DNA of 64,000 bases from positions 321,284,001 through 321,348,000 of the forward strand of contig OZ024740.1 of assembly GCA_964016885.1 (NCBI GenBank). The letters are read 5' to 3'. The stretch is from Eledone cirrhosa (lineage: Eukaryota). A model generated the notes under the pieces. The model made no database searches. It saw only the letters and a program-made list of their open reading frames with translations, and was not told the DNA's origin. A program made the position numbers and the translations under genes. The first letter of the stretch is position 1, and each line of letters opens with the position of its first letter. Of this stretch, positions 1 to 10,269 are shown one piece after another.

Positions 1-210
1 GCATGCCAGTCGTCCTTCTCCATTACACTGATGTTGCCCAAGGGAAAGGCAAAGGCCGATACAGCTTGGCACCAGTGACGTCGCAACTCATTTCTACAGC
101 TGGGGTAAACTGGAGCAATGTGAAATAAAGTGTCTTGTTCAAGAACACAATGCATCATCCGGTTCACAACATTCCGATTGTGAACCCAATGCTCTAATCA
201 CTAAGCCATA
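1..210 (-). mobile_element. tRNA-derived SINE (octopus type), cut by window edge
   Basis: Minus strand reads TGGCTTAGTGATTAGAGC (A-box-like), then TGTGTTCTTGAACAAGACACTTTATTTCACATTGCTCCAG. Related copies lie at about 7630-7840 (+), 48990-49290 (-) and 54048-54240 (-). Confidence 0.75.
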
Positions 211-251
211 CACATACACACACACGCATATATATATAGTAATAATACTAT

Positions 252-385
252 ATGTGAAAACTAAAATCCAAAGACGGCTCGATAAGGATAAATATATATC
301 AAATATATAAGAACCCTAGAGCAAATATTTATTAAAATAACAGATTAAGGGTGAAAGCAGCGATTCTTTGCTTAAACTTTAATAT
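252..385. mobile_element. PLE terminal fragment with fold-back, carrying the 3' half of a hammerhead
   Basis: 326-380 matches 34463-34518 (terminus of the Naiad fragment), with the 30-bp segment between TTAA sites inverted. (TA)n follows. Confidence 0.6.
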
Positions 386-389
386 ATTA

Positions 390-438
<49 letters not shown>

Positions 439-455
439 TGTATATATATATATAT

Positions 456-760
456 CGTTTGGTGTAGTGGGATTGTGAATTTTCTTAATATTAACGCGTT
501 TCTGTTTGTAAACCTCGTTGATTTTTTTTTTATATTAATCGTTTACGTGCGTTTTAGGCGTTCGGCTTGTTTTTTGCTTAGTGGTAATTTATCTATTCTG
601 TTTGAGAATTTTGGAAAAAAATACAATAATAAAACAAAAACTGCAATAACAACAGAACAAATTCGCTTCTTAAAACACTGTTTCCTTCAAAATATACACG
701 ACAAATTTTTCAAACAAAATAGATAAATTACCACTTCACAAACAGAAACGCGTTAATATA
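456..760. repeat. Interspersed repeat with internal fold-back; second copy at 4348-4546
   Basis: GTTTGGTG..AATATTAACGCGTTTCTGTTTGT..GGTAATTTATCTATT is shared with 4348-4546. Positions 678-758 are reverse-complement copies of parts of the unit. Confidence 0.6.
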
Positions 761-793
761 TATATATATATTAACGCGTCAAATATATATATA

Positions 794-1866
794 CTAGCAG
801 AGGTACCCGACGTTGCTCGGATATTAAATAGCAGTTGTGTATACCATTTATGTCAATACTTCAGTGCTGCTTCGAAAACTATACTTTTACAAAATCATCG
901 GCTTTTTCCAAAAGGGGGTTCCTGCCCCCCAGGGGTCCCCTACCCAATATGTGCCAATTCTGAGAGTTCACATTCATCTGTAGGACAAACGTAGCCCGTG
1001 TGTCAAGTTTTGTGAAAATCGGTTGCGAACTCCAGAAGTTGTGACGTTTTGTTGCATTGCACTGCAGTGCTTCAGTCGACTCCAAGGAAGTGGTTAAAAT
1101 GTTTAAAGGGGTTATCTGCCGGGGGGGCCTATAATCAATATCTGGAAAAATGACAGTGCCCATGACCATCCGGAGTACATAAGTAACCTATGTCTTAAGT
1201 TTGGTGAAAATACTGTAGAAATGCATAAGGTTTATACATACGCGCGTGCGTTCGTGTGTGTGTGGGGGGGGGGGGTATGTATTTGTGTGTGCGTATGTAT
1301 GTGTATGTCCGTCGGGGCATACGTATGTACTGGCCTAAATCTTCACTATTTACTTTTACTATTTTAATAACCTCTGTCATTTTCGTTTTCAATTTTATTT
1401 ACATCATTCTTAAACTCCGGGGCTGGAAATCATTCTGTTATTTTAAATAAAATATTAGTCTAACGACTCCATTTATACCATAAACTTGGTCTTGTCTTTG
1501 CATGAAATTGTTCTTCACGCTCCACATAACGACGTATTATCCTCGCTTTTTTCCCGTTCATTGCCAGGGAACGTCTTCACGAACCAAAATATCGTCTTCC
1601 TGTTTTCGTTCGTTTGCAACGTTTCTCGAAATAATTACATCTGCGTTCACAGATTACTCTCAGTTCAATTTGAATGGGAAATTCCTGTTTCATCGATTTT
1701 CTCCGTAACCATGGAAGCTTGTAGCTTGAAAGTCGGCCCAACGCCTCCTCGGGTCATTCTGCATAACTGCGTAAATTTTCGCTGCATGCCACACCAAGCC
1801 GTTTCGACGTTTATCCGACTACACCTACATATACAACGTCCGACCACTTCCAATTTATATAGTAGA
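794..1866 (-). mobile_element. Non-autonomous Helitron (1073 bp)
   Basis: Minus strand has a 5' TCTACTATATAAA at 1866, a subterminal GC hairpin CCGAGCAACGTCGGG and a CTAG terminus at 797-794. It is inserted between A and T with no TSD. Confidence 0.8.
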
Positions 1867-2372
1867 TTTGTTTATATATGAATGAAAAAAAAAAGTACAA
1901 AACTATACATGAATTGTTTCTACTAAACCTTCAATTTAAGACACAACCTACATATTTGATAGGACTCCAGCTCACACCTTCTTCTTCTTCTTCTTCTTCT
2001 TCTTCTTTTGCTCCCCCCTGGAACATTGGGCTGCGAGCCACCCCCACACAACGCCATATTCTGAGTCTGCTTTTCAACTCCACCGTGATGCACGGTGCGT
2101 CATGGTGTATCTAACCATTTTTTTTAGGTCTTACTACGGCTGATTTCTTCCAGAGAGAAAGAAAGAGATAGAAAAAGGCAGAGAAGATTCATTCCCGGAG
2201 GAATAATAAAAAATGTTTACACTGCACATTTCATTTTTTCAAAGCTAAAGCTGCCGATCCAAAATCAGTAATTCAACTCCCTGAAAACTTTCAAATATAT
2301 GCTGTTCTAGCATGAATATTATGCTAAGGTGCAGCTGTCCACAAAGTAAGATTTACTTGCATATCCCCGCTC

Positions 2373-2984
2373 ATATGGTGGCTGCCAACTCGTTTTCGAG
2401 TACGGCCACTACTTTATATCCATGTAGGAGAACCCCTACCGAAGCGCTGAACGAGTGTGACTTTTTTGTCCAGCCAGCGACTTGAAACCTCTGGTACAAA
2501 CACTACACTTGTGACAATTATTGACACATAGTGCTGGGCCCATGGTACCATGTGAGGACAAGTGCAGAGAGATCTCCAGATATAAAGCAATGCCTGTGCC
2601 GTGAAGCTTTTATAGTGAGCAAAGGCACTGCACAAAGCCAGTCCCACTCTCTTAACCAAGATGATATTTACCAAAAAGAAGAACAAGTCAACATCATTGG
2701 ATACCATCAGGGTTGCAGGTGTTATATCAGAGTTTTCCTTCTCCTAGAATTCTGCCTTGACAAAGGCTAAGGGGTCATCTCTCCCGGTGATTTTGGATGG
2801 CCATTGACTCTTAAGAGCTCCTTTGCCCTTTGACAGGTTTTGTTTTTAGTCCTGCAGGATGTCCAAAGTCACCCTCCTCACCAAGAAACCTTGGTGGGGT
2901 TGCCAGTTTAGTCGCCAACGACCCGACCATGAGACAGGTTGTACTGGGATACATGTTACCAGTAGCACCAACTGGTGACCTGAC
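2373..2984 (-). mobile_element. 612-bp non-coding element, copy 1 (RTE 5'-UTR-like motif)
   Basis: Near-identical to 36091-36702 with the same length. Minus strand contains CTAGGAGAAGGAAAACTCTG, a motif I associate with RTE 5' UTRs. Confidence 0.6.
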
Positions 2985-3063
2985 ATAAATACATAATAAT
3001 AAAACACATAAATACATGCATACATACATTACAGTTGATATTTTTTTTTATTAAAGCGTTTTC

Positions 3064-3138
<75 letters not shown>

Positions 3139-3189
3139 CGACGAGACATAAGTCAATTGCATGAACTCATAATCCTTTATTTACTGCTT

Positions 3190-3432
3190 TATTTGTATGA
3201 AATTGTAAATAAGACAAAAGTATTAGAACAGGGGGAAATAACTCTCACCGAACGCGATAGTAAATAGACCGTTTTGGGGCCCCAGGGACCACATTTTTCA
3301 AGTTAGAGATTGCTTCCTTGGCACTTTTTACATAGGTGTGTAAATTTTCATGTCCGTCCGACCACGTCTACTACCATTTAACCGTGCACATCTGAATTTC
3401 AACCACCACCCATTTCAAAAATGAATATTAGA
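3190..3432 (-). mobile_element. Helitron B partial copy (5' ~240 bp) in head-to-tail tandem
   Basis: Direct repeat of about 4047-4285. It begins TCTAATATT immediately after the CTAG of the full copy. Confidence 0.7.
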
Positions 3433-4285
3433 CTAGCAGCTGAGCCCGGTTGCACACGGGGCCACTTTTTATTAAGTTAATAATTTGAAAAATATTATTG
3501 AAAGTTTATTATAAAGAAGCAGTTTCATGAAAAAAATAGAAATATGCACTTGGGGCTGGACGGCGTACAATGAGAAGTGTAGCGACGTGAAAAGCGTTGT
3601 TTATTAACAACGAAATAGCAATGTCGATGATATGCAATTTGAAAAATACTACTTACTGTTAGTGGTGGTTAACATGTATTAGAATTAAAATAAAAACACG
3701 CGTTCCTTCTTCGCAATTTAAGGGTTTTATTTCTTTTGATGGAAAACAGTGACCGTACTGCAGAATCGATTTCATAAAACGGTACTGTGAAAATGAAACG
3801 TACTGTAGAAAGCAACAGTTTATTAATCTGCATTTTCAAACTTGCATATCATCGACATTGCTATTTCGCTGTTAATAAACAACGCTTTTCACGTCGCTCC
3901 ACTTCTCACTGTACGCCGTCCAGCCCCAAGTGCATATTTCTATTTTTTTTTCCTGAAACTGCTTCTTTATAATAAACTTTCAATAATATTTTTCGAATTA
4001 TTAGTACAGTTTGTTAACAGCGAAAGAACGTTGATGAGTTTAAAAATTTGTATGAAATTGTAAATAAGACAAAAGTATTAGAACAGGTGGAAATAACTCA
4101 CCGAACGCGATAGTAAATAGACCGTTTTGGGGCCCCATGGACAACATTTTTCAAGTTAGAGATTGCTTCCTTGGCACTTTTTACATAGGTGTGTAAATTT
4201 TCATGTCCGTCCGACCACGTCTACTACCATTTAACCATGTACATCTGAATTTCAACCACCACCCATTTCACAAATATATATTAGA
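3433..4285 (-). mobile_element. Non-autonomous Helitron B (853 bp) with ~155-bp internal inverted repeat
   Basis: 5' TCTAATATATA at 4285; 3' hairpin CCCGTGTGCAACCGGG then CTAG at 3436-3433. The inverted repeat is about 3488-3645 versus 3833-3995. Confidence 0.75.
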
Positions 4286-4546
4286 TTAGATATATATATT
4301 TGAGCATATTTTGTCTTATGTCGAATGATATTCATGAGTTTATTTATCTTGTTTGGTGCGGTGAGACTTTGAATTTTTTAAAATATTAACGCGTTTCTGT
4401 TTGTGAAGTTCGTTGATTTTTTTATATGTTACTCATTTCATATTAATCGTTTGCGTGCGTATTAGGCGTTCGGCTTGTTTTTTGTTTAGTGGTAATTTAT
4501 CTATTTTGTTTGAAATATTTGTCGTGTATATTTTGAAGGAAACAGT

Positions 4547-5447
4547 AGACGTCCCTCCTCCTTCTCTCCCTGTTGACGTCAAGTCCCCCCCAACGCAATT
4601 GGCATGCCATCCAATGCAGCCTGGCCTCAGACAGGCTCACGCGCCAGCTCGACCAGCACCGCCTTACTTGTTTTCGTGCGGCCTCCAAACCCCACAGTGG
4701 TTCCTGGCTCCATGCCCTGCCCTCCTTCTCCACTGGCACGCAGCTAGACAACCATAGCCTGCGAATCGGCGTTTCCCTGAGGTTCGGCCTCCGGATCTGC
4801 CAGCCACACCAATGTCGCTGCGGTTCCACCGTAGACTCTTTCGGCCTCCACCCTCTTTCCTGTCGCCACAGTGCCGGCCGCATTCCACGCCATGCTGCCC
4901 TCAACGAGGTCATTAAGCATGGCTTGGACGCTTCAGGCTTCCCTTCCCAGCTCGAGTCGGTGGGGCTGGATCAAGGGGACGGCAAAAGGCCAGATGGCAT
5001 GACCATCTTCCCGTTCCGCGGTGGCAAACCCCTCGTCTGGGATGCCACTTGCACCGACACTTTCTGCAGACACAACCTGGTGCAGTCTGCGACTGACCCA
5101 GGTTCTGCTGCACGTCGGGCTGAGGGGGTCAAACTCCTCAAATACCGGTCGCTCTCCGACAGGTTTGCGGTCGTTCCCCTGGCAGTGGAAACTTCTGGTG
5201 TCCTCGGCCCCAGGGCTACCTCCTTACTCATCACCATAAGCGCTGAGCTGGCCAGCCGCAGGTGTGAGCCCCGCGAATTGGAGTGGCTTTTCCAGCGCGT
5301 CTCCCTTGCCGTCCTCCGGAGAAACGCCTTCTCCATTCTGTCCGCCGGGGCTGTGGGTGGGCCCTATCGCGTACCAATACATTAGTTAAATACCATTCTT
5401 TCATCTGATACAACACAATAAAGACTAAAGTATTTTTTTTTTTTAAA
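4547..5447 (+). mobile_element. 5'-truncated CRE-clade non-LTR retrotransposon (zinc knuckle plus restriction-like endonuclease)
   Basis: ORF 4573-5385 contains SGSWLHALP, CRCG..H.LSC....GR..RH, KRPDG, LVWDATC and PLAVETSG, typical of CRE C-termini. AATAAA is at 5417. Confidence 0.8.
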
Positions 5448-7464
5448 TAGTGGATAAAGAGAGCTCCCGACTTCCTCTTCGACGTCAGTATGGGTGCGAC
5501 GGATTCGGCCGAGGTCACAGATCTTATATGATTATTCCTACTATTTAAACTCACCGAAATGTTTCCTGCATTCGGCGGTGGATTGTACCGGGATGATGGG
5601 CTCATCACCCTCAAAGGGTACAACCCCAGTAGTACAGACCGGGTCCGTAAACAACTAATCAACTTCTTCCGGGATTTAAAATCACCCTACAAACGTTCCT
5701 AACTCGAGTCAATTTCCTGGACGTTACCCTTAACCTCGAAAATGATCTGTACTACCCATACAGGAAACCAAACGACAACCTGCACTACATCCACCGCCGC
5801 TCTAACCATCCTAGAAACATCACCAATAACCTGGTTAAAAACATCTCCCTCCGCATATCTCGTTTGTCCGCTAATGAGCAGATATTCGACGAACACGCGA
5901 CTCATTATAACCAGGCCCTCAAGCGGAGTGGCTTCCGGGAGGAAATATCCGTTTATCCAGCTTCCCTTAGCGGAACCAGCAGGCGACACCGCCGCTCACG
6001 CAACGTAACGTGGTTCAATCCTCCCCATAATGCCAAGGTGGGAACACCTATCGGGAAAATCTTCTTTAGACTCCTCGAAAAACACTTCCCACTACAACAC
6101 CGCTACCACAACATAATCAACAAAAAACACCATCAAACTCTCCTACAACACCACACCTAACTTCGCACAAAACATCGTCTCCTCAAACAACAAAAAACTC
6201 AACCCCTATGGAAGAAATAACCTAGACATCAGTGGAGAGCCGACCAGGAGGTGTAACTTCCCTTATAGATCTACGTGCCCCCTCAACAACAAATGCCGAG
6301 AACGTAACGTGATCTACCAGTGCAACGTGAGGACGGACACCTCCAACAAAGCTTATATAGGATTAACCGCGTGTGACTTCAAGACCCGGCTCTACCAACA
6401 CCAACATACTTTCCGAAACCCGGTCCGGCGACATGCCACTACACTTTCGGGCCACCTCTGGGACCTCCAAGATAATAATATAACCTACAATCTCACTTGG
6501 AGCTTACTGTCCAGAGCTAACTCTTACACGGGAGGACGCCGTCCGTGTATCTTATGCTCGGAGGAAACATTACAAATGTTGTTTTCGAAGGACCAACTCC
6601 TAAACAAGAAAGACGAACTGGTAACCGCATGCAAACACAGATTGCATAGGACTTACCTCGCTCTCAAACCCCATAACAACCCGGCTGGTTTAGACAAGGG
6701 CTGATACCCCTCCCCCTACTTGCCGAATAAGTTAGGGGAAACCCCAGCTTACTTAGGTAGATGTATCTCTTTTCTTTTCCTCTTTGTCTTCTTCTTCCCC
6801 CTATCTCATCCTATCACTTCCTTCCACCCCCTATTTTCTTCCTCGTCTGCTTTTCCCCTTTCGCCTACCTCGATGTAGCCCATCGGGCCCCTGAAGCATC
6901 AGTTCCCCCACCCCTGTAATTTTAAGATAGAATTGGCTGAATACGTTTCACTAACTACTTATAGCAGACGTGTTAAACCCCTTTAATTTTGTATCAGTTC
7001 TGGTACTACTCGATTTCTACAAGTTTTTTCTATTCTCAACTTATTAACCTGTAATTGTAAGATAGCATTGTGATTTTTTTTATTCATTTCTCACTATATA
7101 TATATTTTTTCTATTATCTTTTATTGTCTCCTACTCTCATTCGATTTACCTATTCTATAACCTCCCTCCTCCACTTCATACACTAGCCTTAGAATCTGCT
7201 GTATACATATCACTTTCAACGCTTGACCGCTCCACTCACACCCCCTACTGTTCTACAGGCAAATTTAGCCAGCCCTACCTCCCACCAAATGCCACGATAG
7301 ACTTATTTGTGTTTACAACAAATTTTAATCAATCCTCTTGACAACTACAATCTTCCCATATAAGGAAGTACCCCCCTTGACAAGTTCGGCTATTTATTCA
7401 CCAGGATAAAAATTCTAATTTAGTCCAGAAATAGCCGTCGAAACGGCTTGAGCTCATACTTTTA

Positions 7465-7468
<4 letters not shown>
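5448..7468 (+). mobile_element. 5'-truncated, frameshifted Naiad-type Penelope-like element (RT + GIY-YIG)
   Basis: RT motifs FDVSMGATDSAEVTDL and GLYRDDGL, WFNPP, Cys linker RCNF..CPLNNKC, VIYQC..YIGLT..FKTRLYQH and CILCSEE..LLNKKDEL..CKH. Stop at 6704, then a long 3' region ending in a hammerhead and (TA)n. Confidence 0.85.
7371..7456 (+). ncRNA. Hammerhead ribozyme, U3-A8 core variant, 3'-deleted
   Basis: CCCC-UUGACAA (7377-7383), stem II CGGCUAUUU/AAAUAGCCG, GAAA (7440), CGGCUUGAGCUC. The missing AGCCG-UC-GGGG is present in sister copies at 17836-17846. Confidence 0.6.
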
Positions 7469-7511
<43 letters not shown>

Positions 7512-7564
7512 TTGTAATCAGGATTAAGCAATAAATCTCCGATGTAACATCTCCACTTTGTTCT

Positions 7565-7601
<37 letters not shown>

Positions 7602-7864
7602 ATATGTGTGTGTGTTACACACACATACATATGCCTGGGTGGTTAAAGAATTGGATTCGCAATCGTAAGGTCGTGATTTCGATTCTCTGACCGGGCGATG
7701 CGATATGTCCTTGAGCAAGACACTTTATTTCATGTTGTTCCTTCTACCTGGATTTGCCACCGATAGATAGTATTAGCAATTGGAAAGGCCAATGGAAACA
7801 TTGTTTCTTCGGTCTGATTTGACGAAATCGATCGACTGTCGATATATATATATATATATATATA

Positions 7865-8058
7865 TAGGAAAAAGTATGACCCCGACGGCAGAGCTCAAGC
7901 CGTTTCGACAGCTATTTCTGAGTCCAGAAATAGCCGTCGAAACGACTTGAGCTCTGCCGTCGGGGTCATACTTTTTCCTATTTCCCACTCTACTACCCTA
8001 AGTATTGAGTACTCTGGTGCGTTATGGTCCATCTGGTTCCTTACCACAATTCCTTTGT

Positions 8059-8060
<2 letters not shown>
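7865..8060 (+). mobile_element. PLE terminal repeat with 56-bp fold-back palindrome
   Basis: Arms 7865-7920 and 7925-7980, flanked by (TA)n. Family members lie at about 8155-8236, 17716-17938, 22592-22650, 27330-27505 and 42172-42370. Confidence 0.75.
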
Positions 8061-8103
<43 letters not shown>

Positions 8104-8288
8104 AACAATGAGTTATTTAATTTGTTGGTTATTCAACAAATTTAGTTTATAACAGGGTAATAGAGTGGGTAATAAGAAAATGTTACAGACCCCGACGGCA
8201 GAGATCAAGCCGTTTCACGGCTATTTCTGTCCAGAATAATTTTTATCCATAATTTTAAATCTAATTTCATATCTTTTATCCATAACAC

Positions 8289-8356
8289 CTCTGTCTAACG
8301 ACCGATCCAGACGTATATTATTATTGTCTGGGACCCTGAAACCTTTGGTAATGGAG
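8289..8356 (+). ncRNA. Degenerate hammerhead ribozyme
   Basis: Stem I CUCUGU/AUGGAG, core CUAACGA (G5A), stem II UCCAGAC/GUCUGGG, GAAA-CC(UUU)GG-UA. Confidence 0.45.
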
Positions 8357-8451
8357 TAGCTATATTTTGTGTTGTTCACTTTCTAATTAAATAGCTCTGT
8401 TCTATACATAGAGCACTCTTTTTCCCTTTGCTTTTCCTTCGGAATTACTTA

Positions 8452-8482
<31 letters not shown>

Positions 8483-8556
8483 CAGGGTGTCCCAAAAAAT
8501 GAATATACATTTCAACGGCATTCTAATAAATGTGTATACATTTTTGGGACACCCTG
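8483..8556. mobile_element. 74-bp Tc1/mariner MITE
   Basis: TA-CAGGGTGTCCCAAAAA...TTTTTGGGACACCCTG-TA. A related end lies at about 30262-30300. Confidence 0.75.
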
Positions 8557-8711
8557 TATATCTACAGTATATATATATTGCACACATATATATATGTGTG
8601 CATGTGTGCGTGCGTTATATATATATATATATATATATATAATTACACACACACACACACATGTATATGCATGCCTGTTTATATGTATATGTGGGTGAGA
8701 AAAATACGCGC

Positions 8712-8941
<230 letters not shown>

Positions 8942-8990
8942 AATTGAAAGTAAAATGCCCCAAAGAATAACAAAACCCTATCCATCTTAC

Positions 8991-9117
8991 CGTTGTTATC
9001 ATAATGTTTCCAGACATCCATGAATTGGTTGGCAGTAATTTTCTTGAATTGACCGGAGCCATCTCGAAACTGTTTCAGAAAGTTTACACTTCTCGCTACT
9101 CTATCACTTTCTGCCAT
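8991..9117 (-). CDS. Cbp53E: Calbindin-32 / calretinin-like hexa-EF-hand protein, coding exon 1
   Basis: MAESDRVARSVNFLKQFRDGSGQFKKITANQFMDVWKHYDNN+G resembles the N-terminus of Drosophila Cbp53E (NF..QYRD....KKLSANQFMDVWAHYD.DG). The phase-1 donor G|GTAAGA at 8990 falls inside EF-hand 1. Later exons were not found in the window. Confidence 0.9.
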
Positions 9118-9601
9118 AGTTCGATAAGATCAGATAATAATTATATTAAAGTCACCATAAACAACAACTGGCTTTTTAATATAACGACTTGTGGCTTGTC
9201 TCAGGTTTGCTGTTTTTGTTGTTTTTTCGCAGAAGTTGTTGTGGTTGAACCGTCAGCTTGTAATCCAGACGGCTTTGTGTGGTTTCTGTATGTTTTCTTG
9301 TTGTTGTTTCGCAGTGGTTGTGACGGTTGGACTGTATGTCTATAATCCTGACTGTTTAGTGTGGTTACTATATGTGTTGTGGTTATTGTTATTGTTTTTC
9401 TACAGAGGTTGTCACGGTTGGACTACCTCTTTATCGTTGCAGTTGCTGTAATTGTTATTGCTGCTGTTGTTGTTGTTGTTGTTGTTGTTGTTTGACAGTG
9501 GCAGTCGTAGTTGCGGGATCGACATGCAATACTGAAATAAGCTAAATATGTCTACTCTGTTGGTGAAGTATTTTCTTTTTTACTGATTGATTTGGTCGAT
9601 C

Positions 9602-9898
9602 AGGTAGGCGTGTATATAGGCAGGTAGGTGTGTATATAGGCAGGTAGGTGTGTATATAGATAGGTAGGTGTGTATATAGATAGGTAGGTAGGTAGGGAGG
9701 AAGGGAGGGAGGTGTGTATGTACGTAGGTACGTGTGTGTGTATAGGTAGGTTGGTGAGTATACAGGCAGATATGTGTGTATAGGTAGGTGTGTGCATAGG
9801 CAGGTAGGTAGGTAGGTAGGTAGATAGGTAGGTAGGTAGGTAGGTAGGTAGGTAGGTAGGTAGGTAGGTAGGTAGGTAGGTAGGTAGGTAGGTAGGTG
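9602..9898. repeat. (TAGG)n microsatellite and derivatives
   Basis: Read directly from the sequence. Confidence 0.9.
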
Positions 9899-9929
9899 TA
9901 GAGAGCGGTGAGCGTGGGTTAATTAATTT

Positions 9930-10085
9930 TTACTGATTGGTTTGGGGGCGGAGTTTCTGTGCGGATGTGTTGATGTGGAGGCGTCTGTGGATGTAGTGAC
10001 GTCTGTGTGTGTGTGTGGTAGATGATGTATTGGAATATGTGTATATGTGTTGATGTGGCGGAGTATGTGTGGATGTAATGACGTG
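9930..10085 (-). promoter_or_regulatory. Candidate calbindin promoter elements
   Basis: CCAAT box (ATTGG 9936-9940) next to a GC box (GGGGCGGAG about 9945-9953), CRE-like TGACGT at about 9997 and 10079, and an Inr- or acceptor-like TTTCAGT at about 9531-9537 (-). Confidence 0.3.
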
Positions 10086-10140
10086 TGTGTGTGTCGGTGT
10101 ATGTGTGGGTCTGTTGGAGTGTGTGTGGATATGTGTTGTA

Positions 10141-10172
<32 letters not shown>

Positions 10173-10269
10173 ATGTTTGTGTGTGTATGATGTGGAGATT
10201 ATGTGGATGATTTGGGGTGGATAAGACGGGGGAGGTGTGTAGGGAGATGGAGTGTTGGTGGATGAGATC

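Noticed and set aside
2230-2290. Possible calbindin exon 2 after the TTTTCAG acceptor
   Set aside because: The phase-1 frame hits TGA immediately and there is no EF-hand residue pattern.
2840-2984. HDV-like ribozyme at the 5' end of the 612-bp element
   Set aside because: A P1-like pairing exists, but I could not place P3/L3, P1.1 and P2 consistently.
5529-5531. In-frame TGA in the Naiad RT as possible selenocysteine
   Set aside because: It falls at a Gly position (DLIGLFLL, GGA>TGA) in a frameshifted copy, not at a Cys site; no SECIS was recognised.
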